This document shows, piece after piece, positions 1-26,502 of a DNA stretch of 64,000 bases. The stretch comes from Antedon mediterranea (Eukaryota; Animalia; Echinodermata): contig NC_092676.1 in NCBI RefSeq assembly GCF_964355755.1, positions 28,600,871 to 28,664,870 on the forward strand, given 5' to 3'. The first letter of the stretch is position 1. Each line of letters begins with the position of its first letter. Under the pieces are notes generated by a model. The model had not been told where the DNA came from and made no database searches. It worked only from the letters and a program-made list of their open reading frames with translations. Made by a program: the position numbers and the translations under genes.

Positions 1-43
1 CTTACTACAGAGTAGGCCTATACTACGAGAGATAACTACCACC

Positions 44-2821
44 ATGTTCAGGAAGACTGAACAGTTGGAAAGAGATCTCCAGCAGGCCTTTAAAGAAGGA
101 AAGGAAGCAGGATTAGGAGCTGTAGAGATTCAGAGATGTGTACAATCTGTATTTGGTCGTCGTAGGCCTAGAAGGAAGTCGACATCGGCAATTCTGAAAT
201 GGTGTTTACTTGCTTCTATTATCATGCTGGGTTTAGTTATGTTATTGTGTTTATATTGTGGACCAGTTAAAATGTATCTCAAAAGACACATGCAGTATTT
301 TGCATACTTAATAAACAGATGTATCAGATTTATGTCTCTCCCACTTTTAAAACAGTTAGGACCAGGTAAGTAACAAGAGTAAGTAAGTGGTAATAATAGT
401 AGTTCATTTTTATATAGCGCATAAGCAAGCTCTCAATGCGCTGCACATTATTAATACTGTACCCCGGTCATTTTTTTGTAATCAAACACGTATGGAAACA
501 TACTCGACTTCAATAATATTAATGCAGCTAGTGATCAACGCAAATAAGTTGTGTCCCATTTTATACACCAAAGGTGGAGAGAGACAAATGTAAGTAACAC
601 ACGTCGGCTGTGGTGAACTACGGGTACAATAACTGACAGTTTAACTCATATCAATAGTGAGACTAATCGTTTTTTTATGATTATTAATATTAAAGGTTTT
701 TATAAATCCGACTGTCTGATAAGAAATCCGTGGTTCGTGCAAGGGGATGACATCTTCATTGATTGTCGCGGCTGTTCTGACGTAATTGCAATCAAAAGTT
801 TTCAAAGGTTACATGATTTTACAGAAAGGTTCTTTTATGGTGGAACTCCAATAATAGTCAAAGTAAGTCAGCTTTTATTAATCATTCGATAGCTTACGCT
901 TGGTTTCCACTAGGACGCAACGCAAAGGCGTACGCACAATGCAAGCGAGTTGACCAATCACAAGCGACAGTTCGGATAACCTATCGCCTGTGATTGGTTA
1001 AATTGCGTACGTTGCGTTTACGTCGCTGCGTTACGCGTACGTCCTAATGGAAACCCAGCTTTATATCTTATTATCGTCATCATTGTCAGAATCGCAAATT
1101 GCCGATTTTGTATGTGAATATCTTTTTTCTAGGATACTGACGTAAGCAATGTTACTTTTGATGATATAAAAACCCGATTTCATAAAGTATTTGGTAGGAA
1201 AGAAAAACATGCAGGAGACGTTCTGAGTAAAGATGATAGATGGAATACCATCAACGAAGTATTTGCAACTGAAGTGAGCAGTAAAGAGTTGTCGGGTTGC
1301 AACATTCAGTGGTAGGTCTATAAGAGATTTGTTTGTTTGAAGTCGGGGAGAGGGTTACCAAAATACTCATTTCGTACGATAATAGACTACCAAGTCTGTA
1401 GTTATTTCAAAGTTTTTCGATCTTTCAAGCTCAAGTGTACACATATGAAACGCCATATGTGCCAACATATTTATCTTTTAACTATATTAAGTCTATATTA
1501 ACTCCGTCTGGAAACCAGACTAGATATGAAAAAGAAGAAAAGTTGTGTCTTACGTCCATTTTTGCCATCACACCTCAGTACTCTTATTTATTGTTATTCT
1601 TTCAGGCATATTGACGAATTACGCGGCCATAACTTTATACGCAATATCACACCTGTCCCGTATTTCTTTCCTATAGAGGAAAGTAATTCAATCGTGAGAG
1701 TGTTGCTTATTGACTCATCCGAACATGTTTACAAATTGGTAATTATGAGGAATGAGGTTATCATTGTTATGTAAGACTTGTAATATAGTATCGTTACCTT
1801 TTAATAATCAACATCCCATCAGCACTACTTTTAATTCAAATCTCGCTTGTTTACTTTACTTTCTCGCAGCCTACTTTACCATTTGACAATGTCTGGCTAA
1901 GTCAAGTCCAGGGATCGAGAAAAATTATCCTCCATCCTAAAGACGCATGTGCACGACAGTGCAAAGTTGTGCAAACAAAAATTGACAGAAGAGAAACATG
2001 TAAGTAATAATGTCTGTCATTCTAAAACTTGGTTCCCATTAGAACGTAACGCAATGACGTATACGTAACGCAAGCAAGTTTACCAATCACACGCGACAGT
2101 TCGAATAATCCCTCGCCTTTGATTGGTAAAATAACTTTGCGTTGCTTTACGTCGTTGCGTTGCATTCTAAAGCTTGGTTCCCACTAGCGATGCAACGCAA
2201 GGACGTAACACAACGCAAGTGAATTGACCAATCACAAGCGATGGCTTATTCGCTTGTGATTGCTAAAGCGTGGTTCCCACTAGCGACGCAACACAAGGAC
2301 GTAACGCAACGCAAGTGAATTGACCAATCACAAGCGATGGCTTATTCGCTTGCGATTGCTAACCGTCTATAACTTCGCTTGTCATTGGTTAAAACGCTTG
2401 CGTTGCGTTTACGTCCTTGCGTTACGTTCTAGTGGAAACCAAGCTTAACTGTCTATAACTTCGCTTGTCATTGGTTAAAACGCTTGCGTTGCGTTTACGT
2501 CCTTGCGTTACGTTCTAGTGGGAACCAAGCTTAAGTGTGAATCAAGCAGGACCATCAAAGTATATTGATCTAAACGAGAAAACTCAACAGTTCTTTTCAG
2601 ACATAATATAATCCTACGTGGTGTACCGCACACGTTATATCAACATATTGAATTGTTATAGATCAGGAAATTATCAGCAGATTACATTCAATAGTATGAA
2701 TTTTTTTAGATTAAATGATTACTTTATTACAGTATATTTCAATGCAGCATATTGGATGGCTTTCTCGCATAATGTTAATGGGGACAGACTCAGTATAAGT
2801 GTTGCAGGATCGGTAATATGA
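44..2821 (+). CDS. C6orf89/bombesin receptor-activated protein-like type II membrane protein, 6 exons (44-365, 696-862, 1133-1311, 1606-1738, 1870-1999, 2733-2821)
   Basis: GT-AG exons join in frame. The product has an N-terminal TM helix (ILKWCLLASIIMLGLVMLLCLYC), then CLIRNPWF..CRGC, PIIVKD, PYFFP and WLSQVQGSRKIILHPKDACARQC, which I recall as the C6orf89 family pattern. Confidence 0.7.
897..1041. mobile_element. Harbinger/Tourist-like MITE (family A)
   Basis: TIRs gcttggtttccactagg / cctaatggaaacccagc; the same family recurs across the window. Confidence 0.75.
2027..2548. mobile_element. Triple-nested family A MITEs
   Basis: Inner copy 2267-2445 and middle copy 2171-2531 each have TIR agc(t/g)tggttcccactag and a TAA duplication; both lie inside an older decayed copy. 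Confidence 0.8.
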
Positions 2822-3095
2822 TGGGGCCAGGAATTATGCAATTTTTTAGTTTTTAGCACGCAGCTAGCAATATGGAACACCCACAAGATTGTCCACTCTT
2901 CACAGAATTAATATATAATATATTTTTTTCTTTCCATTTAATACTGTTATAATGAATACATTTAGGCATACGAATTTATACGAATATCAATTATGTTGTA
3001 TTTTATTCACAATTGAAGTTCATTATCAATTAAATATAATATTTGTTACCGTCATACATTGTATTTTTACTAAAAACATCTAAATATAATATGTC

Positions 3096-5130
<2,035 letters not shown>

Positions 5131-5277
5131 AGTATAGTTTGGCTGGCAGCAGTCGGTCTTGGAACAATGATTTATATGCCTTATATATTCGTAAGCATAG
5201 AGTTTATGGTGGCTCTGGTGCCCGCACATTTAGGTCGTAGGCCTAAATGTATATGGCCCCTATATCTACGAAATTAA

Positions 5278-5605
5278 TTTTAATTGACGCTGACGCAAGA
5301 ACATATGCGAATGATGATTCGGTAAATAAACGCTTAATATTTATTGTGGACAATTTAATTTAACATATAAGCCCAGGCCTAGCCAGTGAAGAGTTTTAAT
5401 GGAAACACACCCTTCATGAAAACAAAGAATTGGCCGTAGGCCTACTATATTTTAATTGACACTGGGGATATTATGCGAATAATGATAACGGTAAATAAAC
5501 GCTGAATATTTAGTATATACAATTTAATTTAACATATAGGCCCAGGCCTACCCTGTGAAGAGTTTTCATGGAAACACACTCTTCATAAAAATAAAGCATT
5601 GGCCA
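5278..5605. repeat. Two-copy ~175 bp direct duplication upstream of SULT A
   Basis: ggtaaataaacgct..caatttaatttaacatata..gtgaagagtttt..ggaaacacac occurs twice. Confidence 0.75.
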
Positions 5606-5918
5606 TATTGTATACCATTGGTATAATTTTTGTTTTTTCCAGTATTAAAAAAAAAACACGAATTGGAACATTCTACCGAGTGTATCCGATATTAACCGAG
5701 TGAAAAATAATTCTCGCGGATCAGTATGATGTCACGAGGAATTGTTTACAATTCATAATAATATAATTGAATTCAATTGTAACTCAATTCATCTTATATC
5801 ATCACAACGTTATGCAAGTATAAATCAATTCTTTGGCAAGATTAAACCCGATTTCTAATTTCAATTAAACTCTATTATTTTACAGTTTAAGCCTATACCA
5901 AATATTTGTTTTTATATT

Positions 5919-8018
5919 TCATATTTCAAATATAATCCGTTTTGCTAGCGCTGTTCCTCCTTCCATTCTATGGTTGTAAATTGCGTCAAAACGCCCATTT
6001 TGAGCGACAGTAAAACGAGTCTTCCAATCTCCAACGATACCTATAATAAATAAAGCATATAATTGTTAATAAGTATGTTTCATTAAACTGAAAACATCTA
6101 TTTCTAATCGCCTCACCGTTGCCTTAACAACTTGACTATGAAGCCGCTTTTCTTGTCACACCTGTTTCTGTAAATACTCTACGCCTGCACAAAGTGGACA
6201 GGAATTATTTGCATATTTTCAATATGTTTTACCGATACTTCTATAGGTTTTTCAATCTGAAGTTCAAATTCCAAATAAATATGTAGTGTCAAATGTTCTG
6301 TATTTACTTATAAGAAAATCATCCAAGCAAAATGCATTCTAGTGAGTTAATACAAGCATTGCACTATAACATTAGCCATAAGCATGGTACGCTAAAAAGC
6401 GTATATGAAAATGAGTTTCTATCTCTTATCTATCTTATTTGGTTTCTCGGTTTGTACTGTAATTTGCCGTTTAATTAAAAATAAAAGAATACAAGTACCT
6501 TTCCGAAACAAGGTATATTTCCGTTTGCCTATATCCTCTTTTTCTTGAAAAAACGATACAAGATTACTCGCTTTCATGTTAGAAAATGTTGTATTTTCCA
6601 CAACTTTGTCCACTTGTTCCTCTGACAATGGACGAGACAGAAAATCACAGATTCGAATAACACATCCTTTGTGATCCTATAAGAATAGCAAACAAGGTCG
6701 GATTTAAAATTCTGGATTATGGTTTGACAAAATGTAAAAACAATGTAAATTTTCTAGATGAAAAAAATATATATGTAAATGAAGAACAATTTATCATTTA
6801 ATGTACCAAAAATCTATACAGTGGAATCATTGTTGCATAGGCCTATAGTTTACACGACTTGACTCAAATAACAAAACTCACAATTTTCATTTCTTCGTAA
6901 GTTAAGAACAAAAAATTCTTTTTATTTCGATGATTTTCATAGTACGGCAGATTGAAATCAAACCAATTTCCATACAACACTGAAAATAAATAAAAGATAT
7001 TATTTGTCAAAATTCATACAACCACGGAACATGGATCTTAATGTTCCTAATCTTGACACACGCTGCGATATACTACCTTGTACATGATTATTGTAATACA
7101 CGCAATAGAGCTCGTATTAACTATTACATTTAGGCTCCATTTTATATTTTAAAAAAACACACCATGCAGATAAAGCTTAAACTCCAGTTCTACATGTTGA
7201 ACTAAAACTTACTATCAGCCTTCAGAGATGCTTCAAAACAGCTATCCCACTCCTCATACTCCTCCAGATACTGGTATTCTTTCAGAAAATTCCAGTAAGA
7301 AACAAGATTGTCCTTAGGATTTCGTATCATAAACACCACCTATTCAAATAATTTGGATATTTGTAATTAAGCCATAATAATGTAGAGGTTAATAACAGAT
7401 TGTAGGTTAGGGGAGGGAACACTGGTACAAACCAATTCGATGGAAAAATGTCCTCGATAGCGACTGGGAACATAAGATCGTTTAGAGAAAACTCAAAACA
7501 AACTTACCTTTCCTTTTCCTTCAAATATCTGTTTTGGTAGTACGTCAACTCGAGCGTGTGTCATCATAACTCTTGGTTTTTCTGTCAAAAAACTGTTTAA
7601 TTTCTTGTAATTATCACTGAATTCGATAGGTCCAGGGGGGTTGCTTCGATAATTTTCGTTCACCTTATCTTTGTTTCCTTCACACACAATATTTCCTACT
7701 ATTTCTAGCGTCCAGTGAGTGCCTAAATGAAATCAAAGCAACAAATAACTTAAGTCTGTTTTACAAATAATCGTTTACACAATGTTGTGTCTTGCGGATC
7801 GTTTCGGGTTTTAATACCGGTAACTAAATAACTAAATTTAATCAATTAGATAAAGAAAAGAAAAACTCACCAGATTTGGGATATGAAAGTACAAAAATAT
7901 CATCCTCTCTTACTTCGAAATTGTGTATATTATCAGGTGTGTCATCATGCACAAGTGGCGGCCATTTAAAGCCATTTATAACATTTACACCTTGGAAATC
8001 AGTGAGTTTGTCTGTCAT
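5919..8018 (-). CDS. Cytosolic sulfotransferase, copy B
   Basis: Same six exons and motifs: [13 protein letters not shown]|GTHW, PRVMMTH, RNPKD, RK|GIVGDWK. Confidence 0.92.
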
Positions 8019-8302
8019 GATGCGACGTGGTTATCAACATTGCGCTTCAAAATATGAATACAAAATGTATTCCGATCTAGTCTTTCTATAAAGTAAGGCA
8101 ATCTACATAAACACAAAACCTGCCCACTTTATTATTCATGATATTCATGACCTTCACGAAATATTCACACAAAATAAACCGTGCCGATCAAACGTTATAA
8201 TCTCTTAATATTATATGATCTAAAATAATTGATTTCAATGCAGATTATTAGATCTTCCTCATAAAATGTTAATAAGGAAATATTTAGTTAACGTGTCGCC
8301 TG

Positions 8303-8698
8303 GGAAGGGGAGATGTAGGGGAGGGGGAGATGTAGGGGAGGGAGATGTAGGGGGGGAGATGTAGGGTAGGGGAGATGTAGGGGAGGGTAGGGGAGATGAA
8401 GGGGAGGGGGAGATGAAGGGGAGGGGAGATAAAGGGGAGGGGGAAGATAAAGGGGAGGGGAGATAAAGGGGAGGGGGAGATAAAGGGGAGGGGAGATGTA
8501 GGGGAGGGGAGGGGAGATGAAGGGGAGGGGAGATGAAGGGGAGGGGGAGATGAAGGGGAGGGGGAGGGGAGGGGAGGGGGAAGATAAAGGGGAGGGGAGA
8601 TAAAGGGGAGGGGGAGATAAAGGGGAGTGAAGATGAAGGGGAGGGGGGAGATGAAGTGGAGGGGAGCTAAAGAGGAGGGGAGATGAAGGGGAATGGGA
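8303..8698. repeat. Purine-rich G-tract minisatellite, ~17 bp unit GGGGAGGGGGAGAT(GTA/GAA/AAA)
   Basis: Directly visible; it accounts for the Pro-rich ORF on the minus strand. Confidence 0.9.
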
Positions 8699-8949
8699 TA
8701 AACCTGGAATAGACCTGGTAACTAAGCTTATGACAGAGATCCAGAGACAAGGGAGGAAGGACAAGATAATGCAAGATTTATGTCAAATGGTGCATTTTAT
8801 CCATAAACACATAATTTAAATTGAAATTAATATAACTCAATTCATCTGATATGATCACAATATTACGCCTTTTAAACTATTGAATTATTTTAATTAAACT
8901 ATTATTTCTAATATATAAGCCTATAAAATAGTTTTTTTAAATGATGATT

Positions 8950-11492
<2,543 letters not shown>

Positions 11493-11946
11493 GATACGAC
11501 GTGGTCTGTATTTCAAGTTAGAACGTACGCTTTTAGCCTATAGTCTAAATCATACGAAATCTACATAACACAAAACGTGTACCCATTTTAATTCAATGTC
11601 ATTAAATATTGGCTGAAGAACAACACGAATGATATATCTTAATAGTTTATTCTCTTACATATAAAATTTAATTATATTATTTTATTGTTGTATATTTCAA
11701 TGCATCATATTGGATAGCTTCCACACCAAACGTAGGATAGAGATCCAAACGAGGTGAAGGAATATAAAAAGGTAAAGAAACAAGATTCAGGTCAAACGGT
11801 GAATTTTATTCATGAATGATTTCAAGTGATATGAATACAACACAATTCATCATAATACAAAGTTACATAATTAATTTTTTAAATTAAAACTCTATTATTT
11901 CTAAATTTAAGACTTGTATTATGAAATAGTTTTTTAAATGCTGATT

Positions 11947-17785
<5,839 letters not shown>

Positions 17786-19208
17786 GCTGCGACGTGGTTC
17801 GAATAGAAATTACAATTTATACTTTGGTACATGTATATAGCCTTGGCACACATAGGTCAAAATCATGCCAGTCTACAAAAACGATATTGGCAAGTTGTAG
17901 GAAATGTTAGTTCACGTTCAAACACAGATATCAATAACAATGAAAGGTCACGGCAAAGTCGTTCACGTTTGATTTTGCATATCTTTTGTTTGAACAAAGT
18001 GCTTCATCAAATTTATTTCCTTAAGTTTGCTTTTGAGCTATAATAGCGGCCGTTTAGTACCTCTAACTGAGACATTTTTTTAATTTGCCTGTAGATAATT
18101 ATAGAAGCTTGGTTTCCGATATGACGCAGTTGAAAGACGTACGCGCAACGCAAATAATTGGCCAATCACAAACAAGTATGGATGATCCGTCGTTTGTGAT
18201 TGAAATAAGGATATACTCGTATCTTTTACGTCCTTGCATTAGGTTAGTAATTATCAGATGGGCAACTAAACGCTAAATTTATAATGTTATGTCATGTTTA
18301 ATGGTCCATAAAACCAAACAATCTAAAACACTAATTGCAACTTGAAATGCAACAGTTTTATGTTTTAGTGTATGTTGAGTTGACTGCATTTCTTTTATAA
18401 GTGAATCCTGCTTTGTTTGTGAATTGTTCAGGTGGATGATTATATTTTATTATCGACAATTTAATTTATATAAATACCATAATATTACAAGGTCAACTAC
18501 CGGATGCATGCGTGTGTTTGTTTTAATGTTCTTCGGAGTTTGTTAACAAACAGAGCACACGTACTATGTTCCTATATGTTGTGAATTGTTTACCCTTTAT
18601 GTATCAATATAATTACGTTAATAATGTGAAATTTCTTCTGGATATAGTGTATAGTAATAATTAATTGTTCATAAATATGTAAACCATCAAACTTAAAGTA
18701 CTTTCAAGAGAATTGTTGAGCTGATCAGACTTCGTCATAAGTTGACACTGTTGAGCGTTGTTCGACTGGTCTCCAACACAGCCACTCAGAGGTGTCAGAG
18801 TCGATATTTAAAACTAGGCGAACATAGTGAAACCCACTGACTGTATACTTTTACAACGATATGTAATTTTGTAAGCACTTTTTTTTTCGGTGTTTAACAT
18901 TGTTGGCATATATAATAGCTTCTAGGTATTTAAACATCTCTAAATGTTTATCTATTTTTATGTTTAATTGTATTTAGTGTTCTGTTATTCTTTTACAGTA
19001 AATGAATACAAAGAATAATAAAATAGCATAATGTAGCGTAATTGTTTATTATTATTGCCGTAATCGTATATTTCTGACAGAAAATCATCAGAGCTTGGAT
19101 AACAGTTCAACGTATTTTTTTCACTGTATCAATGGTTCCAATTTTCGTTTCTTTTCTGCTAGCTGTGTATAATTTTTGGTAAAGAGAATATAGCAATAAA
19201 TATCTGTT

Positions 19209-21935
19209 TTAGGTTTCAAATACAATCCGTTTTCCTAACGCTGTTTCTTCTATTCTCTGGTTGTAAATTGCATCAAACGCTCGTTTTGAGCGACAGTAAA
19301 GCGAGACTTCCAGTCGCCAACGATACCTACATTATTATATAATAAATAAGTTATAAGCATATTTAATAATAAAATATACTTTCAAATTATAGAAACAGTG
19401 CTCATATTCGGAACATGATAATCTCATATTGATATCAGAATATTGGATTTTTTATAATATTTAAATTTAAGACGAATCTTTAATTATCTCAATCATGACA
19501 AATTGCAGTAATTGGTGTAGGCCCACTGAAAGACATTACAATGCATGCGTCCTTTGCTACGTCTGGTTGCCAGACGAAGTTTTGACAAAATATTTTAGCA
19601 CATATTATGGCGTTCCATAGGTATACTACTTGAGATTGTATATCTTCAGACAAAAATCGAACTAAAAAAAATAAATAAAAAAGACAATAAATACAGACTT
19701 GGGGCAAGTCTACTATTCATCGTACTATGTTATAAGTATATTTCTAAAACAAACAAAATTACCCTTTCTTGTGAAATTAATCTTCTGTTTAATCGCTTTC
19801 ATGCTAGAAAACGTTGTATTTTCTACAACTGTGTCTACTTGTTCCTCTGACAAAGGACGAGACAGAAAATCAGAAATCCGAATAACACATCCTTTGTGAT
19901 CCTGTAACAATTAAAAAAATTAGAGGAGAAAAAAACATTGACAATTATTTTATATAGTCATCAAAAGTTGCTTTAGACTATAATCATCATCATCACAATT
20001 ACTCTACAACGAACTAAACTCACAAGTTTCATTTCTTCGTAAGTTAAGAACAAACAGTTCTTTTTATTTTGGTGTTGTTCATAGTACGGCAGATTGAAAT
20101 CAAACCAAGTCCCATACATCACTAAGAATAAATAAAACAGTTATAATAACACACAGTGTATTACTGACACGCTGATGTCTGTCTTTCTTTAAGTCACGTA
20201 GACATACATTAAGACGAATGTGATAATAATGACATCATTATCAAGGTTCACTTACTGTCGGTCTTGAGATATTCTTCAAAAAAGCTACCCCACTCCTCAT
20301 ACTCCTTTAAAAAGTTTCTTTGTAACATAAAATTCCAATAAGAAACAGCACTGTCCTTTGGGTTTCGAATCACGTACACCACCTTTATTTTAAAGAAAAA
20401 AAAATATACTAATAATAATTGCATTTTTTTAAAATTCTACGCAAGAAATGTTACGCTTCAATGACTTTGTTTGACCTATGGTTTTTTACGCGTGTCGCTC
20501 GTCATTGTAATGAGATGTTGTCTCAGTATGACTAACTTCTATACCACACGTATGTTCTCAATTAATTATGTCTATCTAATTACAGCAAACTTATCTTTCC
20601 TTTTCCTTCAAGTATCTGTTTTGGTAGAACGTCAACTGGCGCGTGAGTCATCATAACTCTCGGTTTTTCTGTCGAAAAACTATCGAATTTTTCGCAAGTA
20701 TCACTAAATTCTATAGGTCCACCAGCAGAGCTGTTAGCATAATCTTCCTTAACCTCATCTTTGTTTCCCTTACACAGAATATTTCTCACTAATTCTTGTG
20801 CCCAATGAGTTCCTAATGAAAATACGGATGATCATCGTTATTGTTTATTAGTAGTATAACAGTGTATAGAGTGGGTTATTGAACCAAGTTTGAAAGAAGT
20901 AGGAGCTAAGTGCTTACTAATAAAATGCATCATTTTTTCCCATTTATAGAAAACACGCATATAAGGACAAACTTGGGGATAACTTATGTTTTGCATAAAT
21001 TTTGTATTTTTTAAATATTTGCGTTTTCATATATATATTTGTGTAAATCAACAATTTCAGCCTTCGGGTTTTTGACTATTTATAAACCTGAATAAATAAA
21101 TAAATAAATAAATAAATAAATGAATATCAAGAATAACCAAAACAAACACATACCGATTCGGTATAAAATTTTGTTAAAAAAAATTAACTGAACATACAAA
21201 GGATCATGTCCGTTATTTATGTAGTGGAATGTCATCCCTTAAGGGCCTTTCACACCTGTTCCGGCACGGTTCCGGTCCGGCAAATTGAACGCCAATGTTT
21301 CGTTTTCACGACGCTCCACGCGGCTATGCGCCAGTCGTTATGCGCGTAGCCGCGTAAAAACGAAACATTTACGTTCGGTTAGACTTGACGGCGCCGGACC
21401 GGAACCGAACTGGAACAGGTGTGAAAGACCCTTTATTCGTGGAAATGAAATAAAAACACATGATGATTAAAAATTCGTTACAAGAATTCACATGTCTGAT
21501 CACAACATAGGACATACCACGATACGATACACTATCTTACCATATTGTTAGCTCTGTTATTTGTTTTAAAGACAATAAGAGCGTTCGGAAGTTTGTTTTA
21601 TGATTATGTAAGTTGCTAAGCTTGGAAAACAAATTTTACGTCTTGAATAAAAGAGCTAATAATAACATTGCAATGATAAACAAACTAATTCACAGTCGAT
21701 CTCGTCTCGTTTCATACCGTCCCAAGATACGCCGATCGGTTACAATTATTTTACTCCGATTAATATCAACATGATCATAATTACCAGCTTTGGGATATGT
21801 AAGCACAAAAACATCATCCTCTCTTACTTTGAAATTTGCTAGTTTTCTAGGGTTGGTATCACGCACAAGTGGTGGCCATTTAAAACCATTTATAACATTT
21901 ACACCTAAAAACGGTTTTGGTTTGTCTGCTGCCAT
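19209..21935 (-). CDS. Cytosolic sulfotransferase, copy E (short-cap type)
   Basis: MAADKPKPF..TYPKA|GTHW, PRVMMTH, RNPKD, FTRK|GIVGDWK. Confidence 0.92.
21242..21432. mobile_element. Palindromic Harbinger-like MITE
   Basis: TIRs agggcctttcacacctgttcc / ggaacaggtgtgaaagaccct with TAA/TTA flanks. Confidence 0.75.
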
Positions 21936-22727
21936 GTTGTTTTGTCTTGTCCGCCCGGCACCGTGTCAACATAATCACTAAAGTGTACTTTGCCCCTATA
22001 AATAGTTTAGAGGCTTTTTTAAGGTTGAGGTTTTTTCACAGGTCTTGGGAAGGTCACAACTCTAACTAACCAGAATCCCTTTGGGTGAACCTGCCAAAAT
22101 CGAACAATGAAAATGACTGGTTTTCGGATAATTTAAGTTAAAATTGCTTTTCTCCAAAACTACTCACCAATTAGCGTTGAAACTTGCTAGAAACATACTC
22201 TGGTATTGGAAGAACGTACGCGTAAGGCAAATAATTTGACCAACTACAAACGAGTACGTATATAATTCGTCGCTTGTGATTGGACACACTACTCGTATCG
22301 CTTTTTACATCCTGTGTTAGTGTCTTTTTTAAACAACCTTTTTGATATTTGTTTGGGATGTTAATATAGTTTTTTAAGCTAGGTATTCAAAAAAAAAATC
22401 CTAAATTGTTTTATTTCTGAAGTTTACACCACTTTAACTTGATCTTGTTTTTTTCTTTTCTATTGTTATTGAAATTATTTTTACCAAAAATATGAATAAA
22501 TACAAGGAATAAAAAACAAAATAACATTGTCAACTTGTCAATGTTTATTATTACTGCCGATGGTATATTTGTGACAAAAGTATCTTCAGACGGTGGTGGT
22601 CAGAAACCATAACAGTTTACTAAGATTTTGTAGATGATAGATATAAAAATAGTCAAATATATCAAAAGTATATAAAAATTGAATGAATTTGATTTTTTCT
22701 TTATTAGTGAATAATTTAGCATCAATT

Positions 22728-25163
<2,436 letters not shown>

Positions 25164-25941
25164 TTAAGTTTTACTTGTCCGACCGGCACCGCGTCAACAT
25201 AAAACTAAAGTGTACTTTGGAAGGCCCCTGGGTTAGCCGGCAAAGATAGCTATCATAAGGGTCAAAAACTGCTGTTCTGGCATGAGTTGGCATTTAAAAG
25301 GGTATAACAAAGGTGTGCATGCTGAAACGACGCAATGTTGTTTGCTTTGCCGTGACGACACGAATATATTTCTTTGTTTCCAAGACAGTAGGCCTAATCC
25401 AAATGACCATAAAGAATTTAAATAAAACCATTGTATCCTGTCTTGGAAATGAGGGAAGGATAGTGAATTTAAAGATGTCTCCCTTAAAAAATAATTCTTA
25501 AAACGTTTATGTTGAATATACCATGTCACATAATAGTATCAATTGACCAAAAACTGGATAGAAGAAATATATTTACCTAGAAAAAAACTAATTTAAAGTA
25601 GGGAGTTGGGTTTTTGATTGAATTTAACCATTCATTTTGTCATTTTATAAGTTTAAGTTTGCAAAATAACCGTATTCAAAGTCTGATTTAAATATTATCA
25701 TGTTTTTGGAGCTTTAACAATAAAGAAAAATAATAGCCTCTTATGAAGAATTTCGATGATTGTTATCCCTCGGAGCCTAAATTTTGGAATGATCGAATGC
25801 GTTGGTGGATATAAGCATGAAGGAATTATTTTTTCCTTCATGTTAAAGGTCCGAATGTTCTCACATGCGATAAGCATGTTTTTTATATGGTTTTGACTAT
25901 GTGTGCAGAGTTATTTAGTTAGTACTCGACTCCTTATTTAG

Positions 25942-26284
25942 TTTTTTACTCGGGGTACCCGAGTCTAGGACTCTCTCATCTTCTCCTCATCCATTTCCTC
26001 CATCTGGACACTATTGAGTAAAAAGTGCGAATTATAAAGTACTACTCCTCCCTCAATCGTTGTAGTATTGAGTTGGTATGAATATACTACAGGGACATGT
26101 CCTCAAAGCTATAAAGCCGGATTTTTAAATTTCAAACAGGATGCAGCCATATCACGTCTCGAAGATGGTACCGTATAGCCGTATTTGGTAGCTGATTTTG
26201 ATGTGTATGTGACGTCATCCCGTCTTATGAGAGTCATTACAGCTTCTTTTGCTGTACCCCGAGTATTGCACATTCGTGCTTGTT
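25942..26284 (+). mobile_element. Non-autonomous Helentron (HINE/DINE-1-like)
   Basis: T-run, then 5' palindrome actcggg-gta-cccgagt; 3' subTIR gtaccccgagt (26254-26264) followed by stem-loop gcac-attc-gtgc; no TSD. Confidence 0.65.
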
Positions 26285-26286
26285 AG

Positions 26287-26502
26287 TCCCATACAACACT
26301 GAGAAAAATAAAACAAAACAGCTGTAATAACAATTAAATAACACAGTGTATTACTGTTCACGTTGATGTCTGTCAAACATCATCCTCTCTTATTTTGAAG
26401 TTTTGCTAATTTTGAGTCAGGGTTGGCATCACGCACCATTGGCGACCATTTAAAACCATTTATAACATTTACACCGAAAAACGGTTTTGGTTTGTCTGCC
26501 AT
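26287..26502 (-). pseudogene. SULT pseudogene fragment
   Basis: Exon 1 ([19 protein letters not shown]..) carries frameshifts, is joined by a deletion to intron 3 and the first bases of exon 4, and ends at the Helentron. Confidence 0.85.

Noticed and set aside
8288-8764. 158 aa Pro-rich extensin-like ORF
   Set aside because: It is a translation of the G-rich minisatellite.
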